Assembly: GCA_045837725.1 (NCBI GenBank)
Contig: JBEWZL010000006.1
Location: 186,001-250,000 of the forward strand
DNA: 64,000 nucleotides
Direction of reading: 5' to 3'
DNA from: Vermamoeba vermiformis
Lineage: Eukaryota
The notes under the pieces: model-generated
Database searches by the model: none
What the model saw: only the letters and a program-made list of their open reading frames with translations
What the model was told of the DNA's origin: nothing
In this document: positions 24,728 through 37,404 of the stretch, piece after piece
Numbering within the stretch: the stretch's first letter is position 1
How the letters are laid out: each line of letters starts with the position of its first letter
Made by a program: the position numbers and the translations under genes

Positions 24728-26221
24728 ATGGAAGTCATAATTGATGACCTAGTGGCGAAGGGATTCTCGCGCACGAAAATCAACGCAGAGATAGCACTTG
24801 TAATTTCGAATCCCGATTTTAAATTTTCAATTTTAGCTAATATTTGCCTTTAGTTTCGAGTTAACATAAAGAGAAAGACACTTTCCATCGATGCCGCCCT
24901 CAGCAGCTTCGAGATGTACAAAATAGTGTTTTTGTTATTGGCGGAGAACCATGTGGAGCTGCTAGCATTTTACCTGCCTGATATTGAACAGTCCTTCGAA
25001 GTATTTAAATTATTTGCTCAATTTATTTCGTCTTCAACAAGCTTGAAAACGTTGCAGATTCGTTTCCCCCGATCACTCACCAACGAAGAGGCGGAGATTT
25101 TATACGAAGCATTTACAAAAAACACTAGTATTCAATACATAGAGTTCTCTGAAGCCAAAGTTCCCATTCATCAATACTTTAATGCACTGCGATCCAACAC
25201 GACCATTCACACTCTCGCGTTAGACGAGTTGTCTATGTGCAATGAATCAATGATAGCGCTCAATGAATATCTATCAAATAGTAGCTACCTAAATAAACTT
25301 CATTTAGGACGCTGCGAGTTCAACCCGGAAAGTTTGGACATGCTCAGAGATGCAATCCGAAACAACTATTCAATTCAAACAATAGTTATTACCGATAAAA
25401 ATGATACATGCATTGCTGAAGCTATATTAGACGCAGCTAGTCAGTCGTATAGTTTATCACATATAACGATGTCGCGGATCCCAACAAACATCGATAAATT
25501 TTTGGCTAATAATAAGAGCTTATATACGCTAAGGCTCGATGCATGCGATGCTCCAACTATTGATGATATTGGCAGGCTCGTAGATGGACTAAAGCAGAAC
25601 GAAACCTTGAACCAGCTGCAGATCACTTTCTCGAATCTGAACGATGAAAGAATAATGAAATTATCCGAGGCTTGGACTAACAACAGCAAGATTAAAGTAA
25701 GAGAACTCGACTTATACTACAATTGCTTCACGATCAATGGCATGAAAGCCCTTATCAATGCTTGGAAAAATGTTTCAAAATTGTCGCTGCGATCCATTTT
25801 CGTGGATCAAAATTTCAACCTTTATGGCGATTCAGTGAACGAACGGTTCCTTGAAAATTGGCTAAAACAATCTCCGATGATTTACAACTTCACTTGTACA
25901 TATGAAACTCCTGATGGAGAGTGGAATAGGCTGCCTACCATGGAGCAAATTTACAAAGTTAATATTCGGAGAAAAATGCACATGGCGAAAATTCTGATAA
26001 TAGCACAAACACTACTATACTCGAATTTCATCTCATTGATCAACGAAGAGTCACTCATACCAACCATACTATACTTCGTTCAAGACGAATATGATCTTGA
26101 TAATCATATGCTACTTAATCAGACTCAAATTGATCAAATTTGGAAGTACGCGAAGAAAAAAGAGCTCAAAATAACGTACGACTCCAGAGACAGGTTCATT
26201 GAGTTTGTACTGAATTCATAA
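24728..26221 (+). CDS. RNI-like leucine-rich-repeat protein
   Basis: Short first exon (MEVIIDD...) plus a long exon with repeats such as ALRSNTTIHTLAL, LANNKSLYTLRL and LKQNETLNQLQI. Confidence 0.8.
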
Positions 26222-26525
26222 ACTCGGATAATACACTTTTGTACTTTACCATTACTAAAGAATGTACGAGTATCAATTTATTCATTCCTAAGTACAAAAG
26301 TGGATGCGTCACTGAAGACTTGCATTTGACTCGTAAAACTGCAAAATTATGATAAAAACTTAAGATAATTGGGCAACGATTACTACAAACCTCAAATATT
26401 AAGTGGACCCTAAGCCCAGATCTACGCTGTGAATAATAAGGTTTGATCCGAACAACATGCAATGACCAAGGGCGATTAGCTTTAAAAAAATCAGAACTAT
26501 TTTACATGGCTCTATTTACATTTAA

Positions 26526-29500
26526 TTATGACTTCGATTTCTTTGTCATAGCTTCGTTTAACGCATCAATCATCTCTTTCTCGTGTGTCAAATCAATCGG
26601 TCGCAAACCTTCATCGTACGTACGGGCAGTTGGATCTGCACCAGCAGCGAGTAACGCCTGAACGATCTCTACGTGACCACTTAATGACGCTGAATGCAAG
26701 CACGTCAATCCTCGTTCATCGCACCACCTGACATTGACTTTCTTGGATTGGATCAGCACTAACACGACTTCAGTCTGACCTGTACGACACGCCCACCACA
26801 AAGACATGCGATCAGGCTTGGCGCCATTGTCAATAAGTAATTTAACGATCTCGTGGTGTCCGCGCAACGCTGCTAATGAGAGTGGTGTCCATTGTTTGGG
26901 AAAGTCCGGGATCCAATGCACAGTGTCTTCAATAGGCAAAGTCGGGGTTCCTAATAATCAATACGATTAGTGTAACGTCAAATATACGCTAATCTCGGAA
27001 AAAAAAACGTGTCAAAAATAATCAGATCCAAACTCAGATTCGGAATTGATTGAGATTCAGCTGTCAAAAAAGATTGAACGATTGAGCGACAATAGAAAGG
27101 GTTCCCATAAATCGGCCGAAAAGCAAAAAGTAAAGAGCACAACACCTCCGATTCCCAGGTAGTCTCCTACCCCAGTACTAAGAAGGCCTGAACAAGCTTA
27201 ACTTCGCTGATCGGACGGGAAGCGGTGCATTCTTGTTAGTGTGGTCGTGCCCGAGAGCGACTGCAACATCGTGTTCGGGTCACTACTTGCCAACATGAGG
27301 TAAGCAAGGTATTGGTGTATGTTAAGTCACTGATGGTCAGATCAAAACTTCAAGATCTACGATCCAGCTTGGTTGTTACGGGAAGATCTTATATTCAAAG
27401 GCCAATGGCTATGGCTCAGCTTCTCGCATTGTCCCCAGCGCGTTCCATGCTTAGAATAAAAAAAGAGGAATAGGCGCCACCAAGAATCGAACTTGGACAA
27501 TCGACTCATGAGACCGAGGCTCTACCACTAAGCTATGGCGCCGTTGTTGAAAGTTTAAGGCGCAACCATACGAGGTCGTCAAAAAGACAAGCGCCATGGC
27601 ACCAGGGGTAGTATTCACGCGAACGAATGATAAATTAAAATACTTGTTGAGCTCAAAATAAATTTCTAGCAAATTTCTCAACTTTTCGTGTACGCTTACC
27701 TTGATAAAGAATGTCTACTTTAGGTGCAGCCGTAAGTAAAACCTTCACGACCTCCAAGTGACCAAGTTCAGCTGCGAAGTGCAGTGGTGTGCGGCCCTCG
27801 TTCTGTTCGCCAATGTTCGGATCTGCTCCAGCTGTTATGAGCGCTGAGATGACCCTCGTTTGGCCGTTCTGTGCTGCAATTGATATAGATGTCCAGCCGA
27901 ACTTGTCTAGCTTGTCAAGAGCTCCAAACTTGCCCCTAAATGACACGTGTCAAAAGTCTTTCTGAGGCTTAAGTTTCGCGTGAGTTACGTACTGGAATTG
28001 AGGCAATAAGGCCAACTTCTTTACGACAGAATGCCAGCCTGCACCTGCTGCTAAATGCAATGGCAATCGTCCGTTGATATCGGTACGTGTTGGATCTGCG
28101 TTGCGTGACAGCAAGAACCGGAGCGAATTCTTATGACCTGAGCGACCGTTCGTTAGAATATCAATCCGATAATAAGACTTGTAATGTTTACCTTGCTCAG
28201 CTGCGATATGCAAAGGAGTTTTGCCTTCTTTCGTGGCTTCACGGATCAACGAAGTTTGCCAGTCTTGTGACAACAAATAAGCGGCCACATCCACGTGATC
28301 GTTCAGAATGGCCATGTGCAACGCCGTTTGGCCCTTCTCGTCCGCGCGATAGATAGTCAAATTAAATCGCTTAGCTTTGAGCAGCTCTCTGATCACTTCA
28401 ACGTGTCCATTGTACGCGGCAATGTGAATGCCTGTTGTGCCATCAAGACGCGGATAATAATGGCACGTCTTATGCGAAGCCTTGAAGAACTATACCAACC
28501 ATATTAACAATTGTACTGAGCCGTTGTTGTCACATGACACTCACCTCGGCGACTACCTTGGCGTGGCCGTTGGCACAAGCAATATGTACAGGTTCACTCA
28601 TGTCCAAGTAGTCCGCATTGGCCTCGTGCTTCAGAATCAATTTGACGACTTTGTGGTGTCCGTTCTCTGCTGCTAAGAATAAAGGCGTTTCACCAGTACT
28701 GCAGGTCACAATGTTAGCACAACGATACTGATCCAGCGTCAGTTGTACTTACGTGGTCTCGGCAAGCACATCACAAGGCGACTTCAATAGCAACTTGACG
28801 ACATCAGAGTGCCCGTTCTTACTTGCAATATGAAGGGGAGTCCAACCGTCCTCTGTGGTGCACGTGTAAGTTCGTAACAAGACAAGGGGTTACCGTGCGA
28901 CACGTACCTGTTTTAGCGTTCAATTTGATCTCAACATTGCTTTCTTTCAGTGCACGCTTTACGTCCTCTTTAAGACCCTTTTGCGCAATTAAATGTAACG
29001 AGATTGCTCCTCGTGGCAGATCTCCACCGCCCAACGGCATGTCAGCCGCTATAGGTCCCTTAGCCTTCTTATCTTTTGCATGTTTGTCTTCGTGGGCATG
29101 CTTATGATGGTGATGGTGGCGATGGTGGTCCTCTTCTTTTTTAGCCGATTCTTTGGATTCGTGTTCCGGATTTGCGTTGTTATTGTTAGATTTGGTCTTA
29201 CGGACTTCTCCTTCTTTACCAGACGGTTGGTCATCGACATTCAGTAACTCGAATAGCGAAGGCCCTTTCTTTTCTTTCTTCTTTTCGTGCTCGATCTTGA
29301 ACTTCACTTGGATGTCACCAACCATGTTCTTAGGGGCGCCTGTGGAGGGTTTGGCAGGCATAGCTTGTGGACCTGAGACCGAAGGTCGCCGGCCTGTGAG
29401 TGAAGTGCGTTGTCCCGACAATGAAGTCCTCTCACCAGACTTGGAGTTGGAACGGGATCTGGTGGTCGTCGGAGTTGATGCCTGTGGCTTTTCAGAGCGT

Positions 29501-30980
29501 TCGAATGTCTGGAAGGTGTAACGGCCTCGCTGGTCATCCAACGAAGTTCTACCACGCGGATCTGTCCAATGTCCAACGTCATCAATAGAGTGCACGATGC
29601 CTTGATGCGAATGAAGGCGATCTTCTTCCAAACTGGCGCGACGACCTCTCTCAGCCAGATCCTCAATTGAGTTTGATCTAGAACGCCCACTGCTTCTATC
29701 TAAACTATTTCTTCGAGTATTGTTGCCGCTTTTCACGCTACTTGGGCCTTCATCTGCATCTTCGTCCCGATCTCTGGCTTGCACGCGCACCTTCTCGTTT
29801 TCATGTCTCGGCTCGAATCCATCTACTGATACCCCCGCTGGATACGTCCAATTAAGTTAGGATAATAAGTTAAGATAAGGCAGCGAGAAACAAATTTAAA
29901 AATACAATGGCGCGGATGTGGATTCTAACCTTCTGCCTCAATTGCACAACACAAAAATTCGGAAAAAATGTGCATAATAATATTAGTTACCCTTTCGAAT
30001 AAGTTGCACGATCTTTAGCTTCTCCGCAGCTTTCAGAACAGTAATTGGATACCACTTCTCGATCGCGACCTTTTCAGCTTGCTGCAAGTCCTCGAGAGGT
30101 ATGCTCACGACGCCTAGCGAATCTAACTTTCCATTATTGTAGTCTACGCAGTATATTCGACATTCTGCATAGAAACTAACGTGCCTAATGTAAACGAGGA
30201 TTAGCTGCGGACTGGAGTGTTGAAGATCGCGGCGTGTAACAAGTTAATTGCAGGCAGTTAATTTGTGAGAGTTATTTATGATATGGTCTATTAATTGTGG
30301 TTTGATGGTATTACTAGGGGAACTTGAATGACGCGATATTGCCTGTTTTTAAAATTTGACCGTTACGCTGAACAGCGGGAAAAACCAACAAAATCTTCCT
30401 GCTCGACCAAGAAAGCTTTTAGCAGTACTAGTACTTACTCGAACACAAGTTCGGTGTCCCATTCAGGTTGCTAGCAAGCAATCACGAGTTAGTACGAGCT
30501 AACTCTCGTTAATTGACTTCGATCGAAGGAACTTACTTGGGTGCTAAATACCACTGGAGTTTGAGCGATTTCACCATCAATTTCGACTGGAAATATATCG
30601 TAAGTAAGTGTTCTGGAGCGCATACAATTGCTAGAGTCAGCTAAGCTGAATCTGCTCGTGACTTACCAAAAATAAAAGGATCGAACGGCTTGTCCGTGCT
30701 TCCTTTCTTTCTTTTGATTCCGCGTCCTCCCTTGACTGTTAAATAATAATTAAATAATTAATAGGGAATGTTTCAATATTCAATTCGCTAAACGAACCGA
30801 TAAATTGTACACGTGGTATTTTATTCATGAATTAATTATTGAAATAACTATCGCCAATATCCAAATATACATATTTACGCAAATAGACATCAAAATTACG
30901 CAAGGCAAATTACAAGTTCGCTGTCGTGTCGACAGATTAACTCGCAAGTTTGACTTACCAAATAGCTGCAGCGTAATCAT
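26526..30980 (-). CDS. C2-domain + low-complexity linker + ankyrin-repeat protein
   Basis: N-terminal exons MITLQLFVKGGRG...DPFIF...AQTPVV...QPEWDTEL (C2-like), an S/R and His-rich linker, then many ankyrin repeats (GQTALHMA, GKTPLHIAA, GRTPLHFAA). The last intron, 26951-27699, splices in frame (ILYQG|TPTLP). Confidence 0.85.
27134..27252 (-). rRNA. 5S rRNA gene, intronic
   Basis: 119-nt GGGCACGACCAC...CCCGTCCGATCAGCGAAGTTAAGC...TTAGTACTGGGGTAGGAGACTACCTGGGAATC...GTTGTGCTCT with paired ends. T-runs follow downstream (27125-27129). Confidence 0.95.
27472..27542 (-). tRNA. tRNA with CAT anticodon (elongator Met-like, atypical), intronic
   Basis: GGCGCCA/TGGCGCC acceptor stem, GCTT-AGTGGTA-GAGC D arm, TCGGT-CTCATGA-GTCGA anticodon arm and CCAAG-TTCGATT-CTTGG T arm. 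T7 terminator at 27458-27464. Confidence 0.9.
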
Positions 30981-31575
30981 CTTCTAAACGCCCAATATAT
31001 TTATAGGCAACTATGTAGTATAATTATCTTTAAAGCAAATTGAATCGGTGCCTATAAATCTATTCGAGCCGCGATCTACAGTTGTTGCTACTCTAAACCT
31101 TGCAAGTTGAAGAAACAAATAAATAGATGTGGGCTTGTCTTTAATTAACAATAAAATAGTTAAATCACACGCGACAAAATCTTCGTTGGACAGCAAATGC
31201 GAGCACGTGCTCCACGCGAAACACGCGAGGACTTCTTTCAGCAATGCCATAACCTAATCTGCAAGAAAACAAACGTTTCTTTTTTGTGCATTTGCAACGG
31301 CTTCTTCGTGTTCTTAAGCTCTGAAAGTCTAAACTCATCCATGCACGATAAGAAACCTCTTCGGCGCGGTGCCCGAGTGTAAAGGCCAATCATTGATTGC
31401 TTGAGTACACCTGAGCTACTACTAAGGTCTAGTTTCCTTGGAGAAAGTCTGGGTCCACCCAACTAACAACACCAGGAACCACGCAACGAAATCTCTATGG
31501 GTGAAACCAAAAAACTTGAATTTTCGGTACTAATTTTTATTTTCTTAACGAAAGACCACGGTTCAAAGCACTACC

Positions 31576-34500
31576 ATGGCTGATACTAAGAACACTCGTG
31601 CACCTTGCGTGGCTATCCGTCGCGAAGACAGAAACAGATGGGAAAGACGAGCACCTCTTGCCCCGAAACACGTAGCTGAGCTCGTGAAGAAGGGAATTAA
31701 GGTCCTCGTGCAACCTTCTACTCTGAGAACCTATTCTGATAAGAAATACGAAGAAGTAAGTACTACAAAATATTTCCGTATTTTTGTTGAACGAAGATGG
31801 AATCTTCGATACTCTTCGGGGTTGCAATATTAAATTGGATAAACATGATTAACTTTAAAAATAATATTTAAATTTCCTACTAAAATTTTTCCTAAAAACG
31901 AAGCAATTAAGGATTACTGCAACATCCGCGTCTCTTTGTTAAACTACATCTGCAACAGCTAAATGCGATAAAATTGCTAATTTATGCCTATAGGCCGGTG
32001 CTATCATCCGAGAAGACTTGTCTGAGGCCGATGTGATCGTTGCAGTGAAGCAAGTACCTGCAGATCTGCTCTTGCCTGACAAGACCTACATGTTCTTCTC
32101 CCACGTTATCAAAGCTCAGCCCGAAAACATGAAAATGCTTGACGCAATCTTGCAAAAGGTATTCCACAGCCCTCCCTATTTTTAAAAATTCAATAGGCCG
32201 GATTTGTGACTTTTTGACACGATCCGCGAGTTCACAAAATACATAGAATATTCGACTGATTTTTTTCTGTGTTATAGAACATTAGATTGCTCGACTACGA
32301 GAAGATTACGGACAACGAGGTAATTTTAGACCTGAATAGAATCAAAAAAGGATTTTTTCTGATTTTGTGTTGCGGATTAGGGCAAGCGTCTGGTTCGTTT
32401 CGGCAAATTTGCCGGCTATGCTGGTATGCTTGACACTCTCCACGCTTTGGGAGATCGTCTTCTTGCTCTTGGCTTCTCAACCCCATTCTTGGTAAGTCAG
32501 ATCTAGTCCCGTCAAATCCACACATCCGAGATCTCAAACAGCTAACTTTTTTGAAACAAATGTACCGTTATTAACACTAAAATAGCACTTGGGTTACTCC
32601 TACTGCTACTCTAGCTTGGAAAATGCTAAGCAAGCCGTGCAACATATCGGTGAAGAGTTGGAGAACGTTGGTTTGCCAGCGGATTTGGTTCCTCTGACCT
32701 TCGTCTTCACCTCTAACGGTGCTGTGTCTCAAGGTGCTCAAGAAATCTTCAATCTTTTGCCTCACAAATATGTCACCCCCGACGAGATGGTTGAATTGAC
32801 CAAGGACAAATGTAAGTTTCAATTTAATTTTTATTTTTATTTGCAAGCACGTAATTTAACTCAAACAGCGCTTAATTTAATGTATGCGCTTATTAATAAC
32901 GTAGTTCGATTCGATTGAATTTTTTAAAATCATTTTATTGGACTAAATCATCCTTTATTACAGCCAAGGCCAGCCCTAATCTTGTCTACGGTACTATCAT
33001 CGAGTCCGAGCACTATGTAGTCCCTAAGGACCCGGCTGCCAAATTCGACAAGGCTGATTACTACGCTCACCCCGAAAAATACACCTCGAACTTCCACGAG
33101 AAGGTAACAAATTCTAAAAGTCAATTTTGATTACCAAATATAAATAATTATCATAATTAATCTTATAGTTCCAATTGCTAATTTTTGTATTTTAGTACTT
33201 GCCCTCAACTTCAGTTATTATGAACTGCATGTACTGGGACTTGAAGTACCCCCGTTTGGTCACTTTCGATCAAATGAAGAAGCTCGTCGAAGAGAAGCGC
33301 AGCCGATTGTTGGCTGTCGGAGATATTTCTTGCGATCAAGGTGGTTCCATTGAGTTCTTGGTCCGCACCACTTCGATCGATTCTCCATTGTTCGTGTACG
33401 ACCCCAAGACATTCGAAGTCTACTCTCCGTAAGTACTTGGCACTATCAACGACTAGCATTAGTTCGCACTAGATTAATTTCTGTTGGTGTTTAGTCAAGA
33501 CGATAAGAACTACATGTACAAGGACGGCATTGTCTTCTTGGCCGTGGACAACTTGCCCACCGAGTTCCCTCGTGAGGCTACTACTTGGTTCGGCGACTGC
33601 TTGTTGCCCTTCATGGAGCCTATTGTAAGTTTCTGCGTGCGTTTCGGCCGTGATCAACGTTCTTATTCTTGCACAATAGGCCCGATCTACTATGAACCAT
33701 CCCTATGATGGTATGATGAAAGAGTTGCCCGCTGAAGTGCAAAAGGCCGTCATTACCTACAAGCACGAACTCACTCCTTCCTTCAAATACATCGCTGAGT
33801 GGCGAAAGCGCCGTGAGGCCGAGTAAGTTTGAAGAATTCTTACTAGTCCGGCAGTAACTAACTATGTCGCTATAGTAACAAGAAGATCTTAGTGTTGGGT
33901 GCTGGCTTCGTCGCCAAGCCTTGCGTCAAGTACTTGCGCCGTGTCCCCACTCACTTGATCACTGTTGGTATGTTTGAACAATAGCTATTTCGTTGAGTAT
34001 TGTTATTGACCTAATCGCAGCTGATGTGTCACTCGAGCGTGCCCAAAAGGTTGCTGGCAAGAAGTCTAACACTAACGGCATTACCTTCGATGTCACTCGT
34101 CAGGACTTGCTCGAGGAATTGATCAAAGAACACGACATTGTTATTTGGTAAGAATTATAACGCGTTCATGTAAGCTCAGGTCGCTCATTTTAACGCAGCT
34201 TGTTGCCTGGTCAATTCAACATTGGTGTTGCTAAAGTCTGCTTGAAGTACCAACGACACCTCATTACCGCCAACTACATCTCACCTGAAATGCGTGCTTT
34301 GGACGCTGAGGCCAAGGAGCGTGGTGTGTTGTTGTTGAACGAGACTGGTCTCGACCCTGGTATTGATCACATGACTGCTATGGAGCACATTGACGAGGTC
34401 AAGGAGAATGGTGGTGAGGTACGTGTTTGCGAGCGATGCACTCAGTTTATATGGTCTAACTAAGGATAACAGATTACCTCATTCGTCTCATGGTGCGGTG

Positions 34501-35593
34501 GTTTGCCAGCACCCGAATGCTCGGGCAATCCTCTCGGCTACAAGTTCTCGTGGAGTCCTAAGGGTGTCTTGATTGCCTCGACTCGCGATGCTTTGTACAA
34601 GGTTTTGGGCCAGGAAGTCAATGTCTCTGGCATGGAGCTCTTCAAGAAGAGCCAAAAGCTCAACATCTTCCCTGCCTTTGCTTTGGAAGGTGTTCCCAAC
34701 AGAAACTCTTTGGCCTATGCTGAGGAGTACAACATTCAAAACGCTGAGACTGTTTTCCGCGGCACTCTCCGATACAACGTAAGCTTTTTCTTGCAGTACG
34801 AGTGCTAGTGACTAACTGTGCCGTGTAGGGTTTCTCTGAAATCATGGAAGCCTTAGTCGACCTTGGCTTGTTGTCCGAGAAGAAACTTGATTACTTGGCT
34901 CCTGAGGCCAACAAATTGACTTGGGTACGTACAGAATAGAGACAAGAATCTTATCTCGCGTGCTAATTTTGAGCGTATTAGAGCGCTTTCTTGAAGTTGT
35001 TCTTGAACGAAGGCAAGGCTCGTCCTGAAAACATTAGCACACGCCAAACAATCATCCGAAAGTTGATCTCGCCTCCTGGTTTCCCCAGCAAGGGCTACGA
35101 TCAAGACAAGGTTCGACGTGTCTTGGAAGCCTTTGAATGGCTCGGTCTTATCTCTGACACCGAGGAGGTCGCTCTCGTGAGCACTCCTATGGATGCTTTG
35201 TGCGCTCAATTGCTCAAGAAGTTGACCTTCGAGCCCAACGACCGTGACATCGTCATCTTGCACCACATCTTCGGCATTAAGTGGCAAGATGGCCGCCGTG
35301 AGACTCGTACCAGCACTTTGGTCGTGTACGGCGAACCTGGTGGTGAAACCGCCATGTCTAAGACTGTCGGCTTGCCTGTTGCCATTGCTGCGGATCTGAT
35401 CCTGAAGGGTAAGTTTGTTGTTCTACCATCGCTTGTTTGACCAGGTACTTATAATATTCTATTAGGCGATATTAAGGGCAGTGGTGTCGTTGGTCCTATT
35501 CGCAAGGACATCTACAAGCCTATGTTGGAGGGACTTAAGAACGAGGGCATTGAACCCGTCACCAAGTCTTCAGTATTCAACGTCAACATCTAA
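31576..35593 (+). CDS. AASS: Bifunctional lysine-ketoglutarate reductase / saccharopine dehydrogenase
   Basis: [111 protein letters not shown]. Confidence 0.95.
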
Positions 35594-35902
35594 ACATTCA
35601 TGTGCATTCTGATAATATATAACGATATCTTATAAGTAGATAAAGCGAAAGTTTAAAATTAAATGGTCGCGGTCTTGGTTTTTGTCCACGTTCGAAAGCA
35701 TCCGGTTCTTGCTCGGCAAGTATGATCCTTCCAATTCATCATAGATACTTTTGTAGTATCTCGATAAATGTTCATGGTTATGTAGATTTTATTTGAAAAT
35801 CGAGACAGAAGTAGCTGCTGTTTGAACTTGCCTCTGGTTTAAATTTTCATGGAGCAATTTTGTATTATTCTTAATAATAATACGAGAAACAACAAGCTAA
35901 CA

Positions 35903-36714
35903 ATGAGTACGGAACCTAAACCACGCGTGTCTAAGGTACGGTTGAGGTTCATGGCAATGCAGTTAAGATCAGCACTGACACATCGCAGATAGTTTTTATT
36001 GGCGATTCGGGCACTGGAAAAACTAGCTTTATGGAAAGATATGTGCAAGGTACCTTCGCGAATGGTTACAAAGCTACTATTGGCGTAGACTTCGTAAGAT
36101 ATTTATTCTTTAAAGTTAATTTCCAATTATTATTAAATACTGTCCTCTTAGATGATGAAAAAAGTAGAAACACCCAGCAAAAATATTGTAAATTTGCAAT
36201 TATGGGATACTGCTGGCAGAGAAAGGTTCGAAATGTCAAGATCTAATCATTTTCAAAGAAAATTTGTGTCGATTATTGTCAATCTAACACCACGCTTAAT
36301 AGGTTTGTTACAGTCAGTCGAAGTTATTACCGTATGGCTGAAGGGGTTCTGATCTTCTACGACATTACCAACCGAGACAGTTTTGGCCACGTAAAGCAGT
36401 GGTTCGATGAAATTACCAAACTCCAAGACAAGGAAAATACGGTTAAGATGATTATAGGCACTAAGCGCGATCTGACGCAGAAAAGACAAGTTTCGTTCGA
36501 AGAGGCGGATGAGCTGGCAAAACACTTGGGAGCGTTGTTCTTCGAAGTGAGCGCCAAAGAAAACATTAACATTAGCGAGGCCATGACTGCAATCACGGCT
36601 GAGCTCGATTCGCAATATGAGCGCTCGATCCGTTCTCCATCTGACGAGCCAATACTAAAACCACTGCCCGTGAAAGAGAGCTCAAGGTGGTCTTTCCGTT
36701 GCAATATCTTGTAG
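35903..36714 (+). CDS. Rab-family GTPase (divergent)
   Basis: GDSGTGKTS, ATIGVDF, LQLWDTAGRERF, YYRMAEG, GTKRD, FEVSAK and a C-terminal CNIL (CaaX). Confidence 0.85.
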
Positions 36715-37404
36715 ATAAACTGTAGATTTTTACGATCGCGCATTGTTTTGTGACTCCTTTTAGACGGATCGAAAACGAGAAGCAACAAAATTAAGTCCGT
36801 TACTTTAATTTGCCATGATACAATCTATCAAGTGCGACACAGGTCCTGTTGTGCATAGCCAGTTATGTCTAGAATGATTATTGAAGAATCAACCGCAGAT
36901 CACCGCGTTATTGAGCTTAAAAAATTATTCAATAAATTCTTAGCAACGGCGGAGATGAAGGAGGTACGAAGATCGAGTTAATAGGCCTATTACTTAAATA
37001 TACTAATTATCAAAATTAATTTTATTTGTTTAATTCTTTCATTCAGAGCCTGGATTTCCTTTGCTTTCCTCATGGATCAATTAACAAAGATGATGTCAAA
37101 CCTCTGCAAGTAAAATCACACGCGTAAGATTGTCAATGCGGATCTGAACAATTGCCGACCTCACCAATTAGGTACTAGATGATCGTCACGTGTGGATTAG
37201 AGTATAATAGTATTACATTCGTTTCGATTATGGTGAGCAGCCTTGCAAAAGCAAAAGAATGGCACGATGTGTTGAGATAAAAATGGTTTTGGGTTTTTTT
37301 TATAGATTTACAATGCTCGCACATCCACCGTGAGTCTCTTTGACAAATCGATCAATTATTAATCATTTAATATTACCTTTTGTTACAAATTTCAATCAAT
37401 ATTC

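Noticed and set aside
27451-27681. 76-aa ORF, and likewise 21411-21614 and 9410-9757
   Set aside because: These are chance frames across tRNA or intron sequence.
31165-31500. RNase P/MRP-like RNA suggested by GAAAGTCT motifs
   Set aside because: There is no complementary P4 3' strand or terminal helix. The region is better explained as the divergent promoter/UTR between the ankyrin gene and AASS.
36864-37206. Small spliced gene between the Rab and the Crinkler-like gene
   Set aside because: Splice-like sites exist, but I could not fix a consistent frame or recognise a product.
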